This document shows, piece after piece, positions 51,215 to 59,031 of a DNA stretch of 64,000 bases (its first letter is position 1; each line of letters opens with the position of its first letter). The notes beneath the pieces are model-generated. The model did not search any database and was not told where the DNA came from. It worked only from the letters and a program-made list of their open reading frames with translations. Origin of the DNA: Candidatus Bathyarchaeota archaeon (GTDB lineage: Archaea; Thermoproteota; Bathyarchaeia; 40CM-2-53-6; RBG-13-38-9); NCBI GenBank assembly GCA_963807605.1, contig CAWECG010000004.1, forward strand, positions 96,001 to 160,000, given 5' to 3'. The position numbers and the translations under genes are program-made.

Positions 51215-51787
51215 TTGGAACGCCCCAAGACTAAGGGTTGGGCAATCTGGATCACTGGATTGCCCGGCAGCGGAAAATCTACTGTGGCTCATCTATTGAA
51301 GAACACTCTATCTGAGAAAGGCATTATGACGCAAATGCTTTCCTCAGATGCCGTCCGAAAAGCACTGACGCCCACCTCGACTTACACCGAAGAAGAAAGG
51401 GAGTTAGTGTACCGCGCGATCACCCTCCTAGCTAAGATACTGACCGAAAATGGACTTGGCGTCGTAATCGATGCGACCGGGAACAGGAGAAGGTATAGAG
51501 ACAGCTGCAGAGAGCAGGTGCCTCTATTCTTCGAGGTCTACCTTAAGTGCCCATTAAATGTGTGCATCGAAAGAGAGCAGTCCAGGAAAGAGACCTACCT
51601 GGCTCCCAGAGATATCTATCGAAAAGCCAAGACTGGTGAGAGCAAGACAGTCCCGGGAGTAGGTGCTCCATACGAAGATCCTGAAAAACCCGAGATAACC
51701 GTCAATGCCGAGAAACAGTCTCCAGAAGAGATAGTTCACGTAATAACAAGCAAACTATTAGAACGGCTTGGGGCTCCTCGCCAATGA
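51215..51787 (+). CDS. Adenylyl-sulfate kinase-like P-loop kinase
   Basis: WITGLPGSGKST, EVYLKCPL..C..R and PG..APYE.P..PE motifs. Confidence 0.85.
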   Translation: MERPKTKGWAIWITGLPGSGKSTVAHLLKNTLSEKGIMTQMLSSDAVRKALTPTSTYTEEERELVYRAITLLAKILTENGLGVVIDATGNRRRYRDSCREQVPLFFEVYLKCPLNVCIEREQSRKETYLAPRDIYRKAKTGESKTVPGVGAPYEDPEKPEITVNAEKQSPEEIVHVITSKLLERLGAPRQ

Positions 51788-51909
51788 ATCGACATATTCA
51801 GTTCGTTCCATAGGCACTGAGTTACAGTGACTTCCTGAAAACATTAAAGGCAGTTCAACAGTAAGTTTTCGCCTCAAGCAGCACTTGCACATGTAGGAGA
51901 TACGCGTCG

Positions 51910-52302
51910 ATGTCTGTAGAGAAACCGTTCACAGTAAAGTCGTATTATGATTTCCTGAGAGAGAAAAAACTGATGGGTAATCTATGCGAGGACTGCAAAA
52001 CTTTCATGGTTCCTCCGAGGATAACCTGTATGAAGTGTAGAGGAAAAAGACTCAGGTGGACTCAGTTTAGTGGAAAGGGATCGCTTGAAAGTTTCACTGT
52101 TGTCCACGTGGCTCCAACCTTCCTAAAGGACAAAGTTCCTTACGCAGTAGGTATAGTCAGACTGGAGGAAGGCCCCATGCTAACGGCCAGATTGGTGGGT
52201 GTTGACGTGTTGAAGCTTGAAACGATAAAGATGGGGATGGCGATGGTGGCTGATTACGTGGAGGAGGATGGAAAGCCTCTTCTCGTATTCAAACCGTTGT
52301 GA
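51910..52302 (+). CDS. DUF35 Zn-ribbon/OB-fold protein (thiolase-associated type)
   Basis: CEDC..PPR..C.KC, G.LESFTVVH and PY.VGIVRLEEG motifs. Confidence 0.9.
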   Translation: MSVEKPFTVKSYYDFLREKKLMGNLCEDCKTFMVPPRITCMKCRGKRLRWTQFSGKGSLESFTVVHVAPTFLKDKVPYAVGIVRLEEGPMLTARLVGVDVLKLETIKMGMAMVADYVEEDGKPLLVFKPL

Positions 52303-52437
52303 GGGATCGTCTTTTTTACACTAATCTAGTAAACTAAATTCTCCTCAGATCTCAACTTCACATATTTATTCTGAATTGCAGACGCTCAACCTGAAACGAA
52401 CACAATTCTCTACTCCGTCTCGGTCTATCGCCTCAGG

Positions 52438-52543
52438 AATTGCTCCTCAATAGTTGATAAGGGCAATTGGTCCTTGGTTTTTTTAACAAATTCCTTTCAC
52501 AAATTCTCAAGTGTTGTTCTACTCTATTGGTTTTTCACAACTT
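52438..52543. promoter_or_regulatory. Putative operator region of the cdv operon
   Basis: Imperfect inverted repeat AATTGC..GCAATT (52438-52468) and three TTT(C/A)ACAA(A/C)TT direct repeats. Confidence 0.4.
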
Positions 52544-52580
52544 AGCTTGTATGATATACAGTTGCAGAGGAAATGGTTGA

Positions 52581-53246
52581 ATGCCAAGAAGTATCATTGG
52601 AAACTGGGACGGCGATAGTAAGGAGCCCATCATACCATTGTCACGGTTGTCAGGGCGTATTCGCCCCCAGATGCCCCTCAAAGAGAAGATCGCTCAATCA
52701 ATCTATCGTTTGAAAGTTCAGCAGAGCAAACTTGAGAACTCGTCTCAAAGAATGCAAAGGCATGACAAGAACCTCTTCGATAAATGCATCTCCGCTCAGA
52801 TGACAAAGGACAACTCCAGGGCAGCATTGTACGCCAGCGAATGCGCCGAGATCAGAAAAATGGCATCAACGGTTTTGCGATGCGAGCTGACCTTGGAGAA
52901 GGTTATTCTGAGGCTTGAGAACGTGCAGATGTTCGGCGATACGGCTGCGATGCTTGGGCCTGTAGCAGGTGTGGTCAAATCTATTAAGTCTGAGATTAGC
53001 GGGGTCATGCCTGAGGTCTCTTATGCTCTTGGTGAGATCGGTGAGACTCTAAACGGCGTAGTCATTGAAGTCGGTGAAGCCACCGGTCAACAATACGATG
53101 ACTTCGCATCCAGTTCTGAGGCTCAGCAGATACTCGGCGAAGCGTCAGCCGTGGCTTCACAGAGAATGACTGAGAAGTTCCCTGATCTGCCGAGAGTTTC
53201 AGTCCCGATCGGTTCAAGATTTACAGAGACAAGTTCGACCCAGTAG
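52581..53246 (+). CDS. cdvB: ESCRT-III/CdvB paralog without winged helix
   Basis: Snf7 core RD..LF.KC....A.LYASECAEIRK..LE...LRLE; MIM2-like EKFPDLP. Confidence 0.92.
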   Translation: MPRSIIGNWDGDSKEPIIPLSRLSGRIRPQMPLKEKIAQSIYRLKVQQSKLENSSQRMQRHDKNLFDKCISAQMTKDNSRAALYASECAEIRKMASTVLRCELTLEKVILRLENVQMFGDTAAMLGPVAGVVKSIKSEISGVMPEVSYALGEIGETLNGVVIEVGEATGQQYDDFASSSEAQQILGEASAVASQRMTEKFPDLPRVSVPIGSRFTETSSTQ

Positions 53247-53288
53247 CCCTGACTCAACATTGGAGGTTGAAAGAATACGAGCCTAACA

Positions 53289-54017
53289 ATGGAGGACCTA
53301 AAGAAATTCGTAGGGAAGACTGTAAAGGATCCTTATGGAAAAGATCTCGGCAAGCTCGTAGGAGTCACTTCCAGCATAAAGGGCGAGATTAGCAACGTGA
53401 GTATTGAGCTCTACAATGGAGATTTCGCAATCTTTCCCAGCAGACAGCTCTCAGTAAACGGAACGATACTATCCCTGGCGCAGGACTGGGCTGTTGAGGC
53501 AGATGAACTTACCAGGGAACTTGACTTACTCAGACGAAGAGACAACGCACTAAATGAGCTATCTGTAAGCGGCGATGTCGAGGAGACTATGTACAAACAA
53601 CTGAAAGAACAATTCAGACAAGCAAGAGGCGATTTGCTGAAGAGGAGCGAGGCAGCCGTTGAGAAACTTGCGGAAACCTCACAGAAGCTCGATGAACAGA
53701 TGAAGATCATCCAAACCATAATGGCCAATAACAAAATGCATTATACTTCAGGAGAGCTGGGAGAAGAGGCCTATAACTTGGCGAATGAGACAATTCAGAA
53801 TGGTCTGCGCCACTTCTCCTCTGAGAAAAAGAACATCGAAGACAAGATCAACACTCTAATAGCCTCAAGGGATAGCGCTGAAGACATCGGGACATCAAGA
53901 ATTGAGCCACAAACCAAACCCCCACCGGTGGCAGAGCCTACTGTCTTGACAAAGACTCCCGGACTCACGAAGACTGGAGGCCCAAGAGATATAGTCATAG
54001 TCCGAATGGAGCCGTAA
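53289..54017 (+). CDS. cdvA: Cell division protein CdvA
   Basis: PRC-barrel start FVGKTVKDPYGK.LG, coiled-coil domain, Pro/Thr linker and beta-strand tail DIVIVRM. Confidence 0.88.
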   Translation: MEDLKKFVGKTVKDPYGKDLGKLVGVTSSIKGEISNVSIELYNGDFAIFPSRQLSVNGTILSLAQDWAVEADELTRELDLLRRRDNALNELSVSGDVEETMYKQLKEQFRQARGDLLKRSEAAVEKLAETSQKLDEQMKIIQTIMANNKMHYTSGELGEEAYNLANETIQNGLRHFSSEKKNIEDKINTLIASRDSAEDIGTSRIEPQTKPPPVAEPTVLTKTPGLTKTGGPRDIVIVRMEP

Positions 54018-54029
54018 GAGGGATCAGCA

Positions 54030-54824
54030 ATTCTTCTGTCCAGACGGAAAGGCTGGAGGAGTCGCATCCCGCCTTCCCTGAAGGAACGTCTCTCGGACAT
54101 ACTGTATAAACTAAACATCCAGAAGGATAAGCTCGAACAGACAACAGAGAGACTCTATCAGAGAGATAACGAGATCTTCCAGAGATGTATCGGCGCACAG
54201 ATTGGCGGCGACGAGAACCACGCTAAGATATACGCTAACGAGTGCGCTGAAATCAGAAAAATGTACCTGACCGCAAAGAGCGTTCAGCTCGCACTGGAAA
54301 AGGTAACTCTCAGACTCGAAACAGTAGAGCAGTTCGGGGAGACTATTAGCCAGTTAGCTCCTATAATGGAGGTTGTGAAGGAAACTAAAGGTGAGATAGC
54401 CGGTCTAGTTCCAGACGTGGCAGGCGAACTGGACAGAGTCACATCAGTGCTCGTTGAACTAAGTGCAGAGACCGGCCAGGTGACCCCAAGTGACTTTGAG
54501 GTCCAAGTTACAAACAACGAGGCAAAGAAAATTCTGGACACTTCTCGAAAGATAGCAGATGAAAAAGCACGGGAGAAGTTCCCAGAACTGCCTTTTGCGC
54601 AATTTGAGGTGCCCGCTTCCGAAATTAGGAGTGAGCAACCTTCAAGTGGTCAACTGGATCCTTCAATTCTTGAACAAGTCCTATTCTACATAGAATCTCG
54701 TGACGGAAGGGTATCTGTCTCTGAATGTGCTAGTCGACTTTCAAGACCCCCCAGTGACGTGATCAAGGCGATAGACCAGTTGAAAGAGAAAGGAAGGCTC
54801 GCTTTGGAACAGGAAATGGAGTGA
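54030..54824 (+). CDS. cdvB: ESCRT-III CdvB with C-terminal winged helix; probable non-canonical start (ATT 54030 or CTG 54036)
   Basis: Frame open upstream of ATG 54261 encoding PSLKERL...RDNEIFQRC...YANECAEIRK; MIM2-like EKFPELP; winged-helix tail. Confidence 0.88.
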   Translation: MLLSRRKGWRSRIPPSLKERLSDILYKLNIQKDKLEQTTERLYQRDNEIFQRCIGAQIGGDENHAKIYANECAEIRKMYLTAKSVQLALEKVTLRLETVEQFGETISQLAPIMEVVKETKGEIAGLVPDVAGELDRVTSVLVELSAETGQVTPSDFEVQVTNNEAKKILDTSRKIADEKAREKFPELPFAQFEVPASEIRSEQPSSGQLDPSILEQVLFYIESRDGRVSVSECASRLSRPPSDVIKAIDQLKEKGRLALEQEME

Positions 54825-54866
54825 GCCGATCTGGAATCTGTTATCAAAGACGATGGTTGTTGAGCT

Positions 54867-56006
54867 TTGTCAGCATCTGAAGAACTTGAACGAATAGCAG
54901 TGAAGTATGCTACCGAGGCCACTCGACTTGATAAGCAAGGATCAAGGGGTCTTGCAATAGCGAAGTACCAGAGAGCCGTCGAAATCCTTCTGAAACTGTG
55001 CGCACTGTACCCAAACTCCTCACAGAACTCCATCTACATGGAGCACGCGGAGTCCTACAGAAAGAGAATAAGAGAACTCCAGAACCAGGAAAATCACCAA
55101 GAACCCGTAGAGACTGCACCTTCGGGGGCGGAGGCTAAGTTTGAACAACTCGTTCTTAATGAGAAACCAAGCGTCAGATGGGAAGATATCGCCAACCTGA
55201 ATGCCGCAAAGAGAGCTATAGAGGAATCGATAATATTTCCTGTCAAAAGACCTGATCTTTTTCCGTTAGGGTGGCCCAGGGGCATACTCTTCTTCGGTCC
55301 GCCAGGATGTGGCAAAACGCTCCTAGCCGCGGCAGTCGCAACGGAGATCGATGCCACATTCTTCTGTATCGACGCCGCATCGATAATGTCAAAGTGGCTA
55401 GGCGAGTCTGAGAAGAATGTTGCACATCTATTTGAAGAAGTCAGACGGATGAGCTCAAACGGCAAGCCTGCAATAGTCTTCATAGACGAAATCGACTCTC
55501 TGGTTGGAATCAGGTCCCAAGAGGTCGGAGGGGAAGTCAGGGCTCGAAACCAATTCCTGAAAGAGATGGATGGCGTAATCGACAAGAAGAGATTGCTTCA
55601 CGCCTATGTTATTGGCGCCACAAACAAGCCTTGGGTTCTGGACGACCCGTTCAGAAGGCGATTCCAAAAGAGGATCTTTGTGCCCCTCCCAGAAGCAGAT
55701 GCAAGGCTCGAAATGTTCAGAATATTCTCAAAGAATCTCAACATGGGCGAAGATGTGACTTTCGAAGAACTAGCGAAGATAACGGACGGGTACTCTGGCA
55801 GCGACATATACGACAACTTCCAAGCAGCCCAGATGAAAGTCGTAAGGGAGTTCTTCGAGAAAGGCAATCCAGAAGATAAGCAGGCTAAGCCCAGGCCAAT
55901 AATTATGAACGATTTCAGAGACGTATTTCGAATACGGAAGCCCAGCGTAGACCAAAGCACGATGCGTTTCTATCACAAATGGTCAGAGGAATTCCAAGCC
56001 GCCTAA
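54867..56006 (+). CDS. cdvC: Vps4-type AAA ATPase CdvC
   Basis: N-terminal MIT domain; FPLGWPRGIL.FGPPGCGKT, SKWLGESEK, DEID and RRFQKRI motifs. Confidence 0.95.
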   Translation: MSASEELERIAVKYATEATRLDKQGSRGLAIAKYQRAVEILLKLCALYPNSSQNSIYMEHAESYRKRIRELQNQENHQEPVETAPSGAEAKFEQLVLNEKPSVRWEDIANLNAAKRAIEESIIFPVKRPDLFPLGWPRGILFFGPPGCGKTLLAAAVATEIDATFFCIDAASIMSKWLGESEKNVAHLFEEVRRMSSNGKPAIVFIDEIDSLVGIRSQEVGGEVRARNQFLKEMDGVIDKKRLLHAYVIGATNKPWVLDDPFRRRFQKRIFVPLPEADARLEMFRIFSKNLNMGEDVTFEELAKITDGYSGSDIYDNFQAAQMKVVREFFEKGNPEDKQAKPRPIIMNDFRDVFRIRKPSVDQSTMRFYHKWSEEFQAA

Positions 56007-56030
56007 AGGTGTGATCGAAGGACGACAGTC

Positions 56031-56495
56031 ATCAACTCCACTGACCTCAAGATCTTAGCTGAGCTTGTGCACAACTCCAAGGCCACGCTAGCTGATATCG
56101 GCAAGAAGATTGGGCTCCACCCGAATGTAGTCGCCTACAGAATAAACAAGATGGAGAATCTCGGCATAATAAGAGACTACACAGTCAATCTTGACCTTGA
56201 GAAACTTGGACTGACAGAACAAATCTATCTCGGCACAACTTTTCCTGCCCACTCTGAACGTGATACATTGCTGAAACAGATATCAGCCCTGCCTCAAAGC
56301 ATCACAGTGGTAAGCTCCTTCGGATCCCCAGAAGGGATAGTTCACCTCGTAGGTAAGAGCAAGGAAGACATAGACAAGGTCATAACAAGACTGAGAGAAC
56401 TGAACGTAAAGATCGAGTACGCTGCCCCTGTCATCAAGACCTATCAAAGTGGAAACCTCGGTAATTTCCTCAAGATGATGGCCGAAGCACACTAA
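56031..56495 (+). CDS. Lrp/AsnC-family transcriptional regulator; start probably upstream of GTG 56067
   Basis: INSTDLKILAEL..NSKATLADIGKKIGL..VVAYRI.KME..GII.DY HTH. Confidence 0.85.
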   Translation: MNSTDLKILAELVHNSKATLADIGKKIGLHPNVVAYRINKMENLGIIRDYTVNLDLEKLGLTEQIYLGTTFPAHSERDTLLKQISALPQSITVVSSFGSPEGIVHLVGKSKEDIDKVITRLRELNVKIEYAAPVIKTYQSGNLGNFLKMMAEAH

Positions 56496-56516
56496 GCCAC
56501 CGGCAGGTTATGAAAA

Positions 56517-57008
56517 ATGCCCCTTTCCAAACTGCTTATGAGACTCCTCACGAGGCCACAACGGCACACACTGTTCTCCATGGTTACCGCTACCATTCTG
56601 ACTGTAATCCTTGTGGTGATCCTTCCTAAACCCAACGACTCCATTATGACAATCGCCATTCAAGTGATGATCTCTGCAGCCATCTCATCCGTGGTACTGA
56701 ATGAGCTCTTCCTTGGACTGGTAGACAGGAAGCGTGACATGGCTATTCTGCTGGTAATTGGAGTTCGGAAGCATCTTTTAGGAGCTATCCTGCTCGGAAA
56801 AACGATTCTATATGCTTCCGTTTCCTGTTTCCTCGGGGTAGCTCTTGGATACATACTGATGCTGTATAATGGCGGGCACCTGACCTTGACGCTCAATTCT
56901 TCCATGACCTTGTCTTCTTTAGCGATCTTCGGTCCTGCTCTTCTAGCTGGTGCATACACCACATTGTACATATCCCGCCTGAATGTCTCTGAGGTGCTCA
57001 GACATTGA
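56517..57008 (+). CDS. Minimal FtsX/MacB-type (type VII ABC) permease, 4 TM, no large extracellular domain
   Basis: RKRDMAILLVIGV...ILLG..ILY....LGVALG motif; C-terminal RLNVSEVLR. Confidence 0.8.
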   Translation: MPLSKLLMRLLTRPQRHTLFSMVTATILTVILVVILPKPNDSIMTIAIQVMISAAISSVVLNELFLGLVDRKRDMAILLVIGVRKHLLGAILLGKTILYASVSCFLGVALGYILMLYNGGHLTLTLNSSMTLSSLAIFGPALLAGAYTTLYISRLNVSEVLRH

Positions 57009-57700
57009 CAGAGAACTCAGCCATAATTTCCGTGAAAAACCTACACAAAGCCTTCAGGGACGGGTCTTCCACAATTCGGCTTTTCAACGGACTTACCTTC
57101 GAAGTATCGAAGGCTGATTTTGTTGCTGTTACAGGTGCCTCAGGAACCGGAAAGACCACTCTCATCAACCTTATCTCGGGTCTTGAAAAACCAACTCAAG
57201 GCTCAGTCAAGGTTCTTGGCAAGGAACTCTCGTCTTTAAGCTCAAGTGATCTCGCGGTAATCAGGGCGCATTCAATAGGCATACTATTCCAGACGTTTGG
57301 GCTGATAAACGACTTGACTGTTCAGGAGAATATCGAGCTCGCTCAGGATCTTTCAAGAAATAATGGGTCGAGGCGAGATAGATACGCGTCTGAGTTACTT
57401 GAGTTCTTCGGCATCCAGGACAAGGCGAACTTCAGCCCCGCCAGCCTCAGCTTCGGCGAAGCCAAGAAAGTTGGAATAGCAAGAGCTCTTGCAGCCGAGC
57501 CAGAGATCCTCTTGCTTGACGAACCAACCGGAAACTTAGATCCGCCCTCAGTGAATGTCCTCCTACCGATCCTTAGAGGGTTGAGGCACATATACGGAAA
57601 GACTATAATCATGACTACAAACAGTCTTCGCGCGGCGAAGATTGCAAACCGCGAGATTCGTTTGGAAAGGCCCACAATGATGATGAACCAAATTATGTGA
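57005..57700 (+). CDS. FtsE/LolD-like ABC ATPase with degenerate motifs
   Basis: GASGTGKTT, FQTF.LI..LTV.ENI, LSFGE and LDEPTGNLD motifs; H-switch region reads MTTN. Confidence 0.9.
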   Translation: MTENSAIISVKNLHKAFRDGSSTIRLFNGLTFEVSKADFVAVTGASGTGKTTLINLISGLEKPTQGSVKVLGKELSSLSSSDLAVIRAHSIGILFQTFGLINDLTVQENIELAQDLSRNNGSRRDRYASELLEFFGIQDKANFSPASLSFGEAKKVGIARALAAEPEILLLDEPTGNLDPPSVNVLLPILRGLRHIYGKTIIMTTNSLRAAKIANREIRLERPTMMMNQIM

Positions 57701-58320
57701 TGTATATGTTCAGATATAAACCAACATTGGGAGAAAGAATAAGAGAAACCTTTCACCCGACACCAGTAAAACGGCGACTAAACCATACCATCCACCGACT
57801 GCAGATCCAAATGCGACGACTCGAATCGAAGACCTATCAACTCCAGTCTAGAGACAAGGCTCTATACGCAAAATGCGTCTCAGCAATACAAGGAAAGAAC
57901 AATACCCAGGCATCGATGTACGCGAGCGAATGTGCAGAGATCAGAAAGATGGTCCTCACCACTCTGCGCAGCCAAATGGCAATAGAACGCGTATACCTAC
58001 GACTTGAGACAGTCAGGGACTTTGGAGAGATAGCATACGCAATGAGCTCAGTAGGAGCTGTCCTAGGCAAAGTGAGGACCGATCTCCAAAACTTGATGCC
58101 TGAGATATCGACAGAGCTCGCTGAAGTTAACGATACACTGCAGTCAGTAGTCCTCGAAGTAGGTCAGGCAACGGAACAGACCCTCGATTTCAACGCACCC
58201 ACAGAGGAGTCCGAGGCGATAATGAAAGAAGCCGGAACCCTGGCGGAGCAGAGGATGAAAGAGAGATTCCCAGAGATGCCCAAGATTCCGACAGCTGAGG
58301 AAGGCTCTTCCCTACCATGA
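57697..58320 (+). CDS. cdvB: ESCRT-III/CdvB paralog
   Basis: RD..LY.KC...A.MYASECAEIRK..LRLETV; MIM2-like ERFPEMP. Confidence 0.92.
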   Translation: MMYMFRYKPTLGERIRETFHPTPVKRRLNHTIHRLQIQMRRLESKTYQLQSRDKALYAKCVSAIQGKNNTQASMYASECAEIRKMVLTTLRSQMAIERVYLRLETVRDFGEIAYAMSSVGAVLGKVRTDLQNLMPEISTELAEVNDTLQSVVLEVGQATEQTLDFNAPTEESEAIMKEAGTLAEQRMKERFPEMPKIPTAEEGSSLP

Positions 58321-58323
58321 TAG

Positions 58324-58941
58324 GTGGAAAAGCCAGGTAAGATGTCGCAACTTTCTGAGTCCGAGCTCAAGAGCTTCCTGGGAAAGAGGACCACCGACCC
58401 CTATGGTCGGAACCTCGGAAAGATCATAGGAGTGACGCTGAACGACTATGGTGAAATGGAAGCGGTCGAGGTGGAGAAGGGAACAGGGGAGCTTGAAAGA
58501 ATTCCAGTGGATCAACTCAGTTTTAGCCGAGAAGGAATAACGGTCGTCTCCAAGTGGAAGATCGAAGTCGAATCCCTGATTAAAGAGATTGAGTCGGCAG
58601 AACGTCGCCTCACCGCACTCAACACCCTTCTAAAGAAGGAAGAGATTCCAAGAAACCTATACGAAGAACTGTCCGGAAAACAAAAGAGAGAACTTGAAAA
58701 CCTACAAGCGAAGAAGAATCTCGCTATCAACATACTGCAGAGAAGAGGCAAAGAACTGGACGGGCAGATCGAGGAGTTAACAAAAGTTCTCATTGAGATC
58801 AGAGCTGGGAAATGGTCCAGTGACTTCTCCGACAAGGCGTACGAATTTGCATCAAAATCAATTGAACCAAACCTCAGCTTTGCGGCCAAAGAAAAGAGAG
58901 AGCTTGCAGACAGCCTCGCCAAGCTAACCAAGCTAATCTGA
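58324..58941 (+). CDS. cdvA: Second CdvA-like protein, lacking the C-terminal tail
   Basis: FLGKRTTDPYGRNLGKIIG PRC barrel, W..E...L.KEI...RRL.AL..L coiled coil. Confidence 0.82.
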   Translation: MEKPGKMSQLSESELKSFLGKRTTDPYGRNLGKIIGVTLNDYGEMEAVEVEKGTGELERIPVDQLSFSREGITVVSKWKIEVESLIKEIESAERRLTALNTLLKKEEIPRNLYEELSGKQKRELENLQAKKNLAINILQRRGKELDGQIEELTKVLIEIRAGKWSSDFSDKAYEFASKSIEPNLSFAAKEKRELADSLAKLTKLI

Positions 58942-59031
58942 CTGTTGCTGCAGATCTAGTTGGAATCATAAAGATGTGGGCTTCGCCTAGACAACGTTTT
59001 CCATTCAGCTAAACGGCAAATGGGAACATGC

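Noticed and set aside
51910-52302. DUF35 gene separated by about 25 kb from the thiolase
   Set aside because: Both families are often multi-copy in archaea, so the separation is uninformative.
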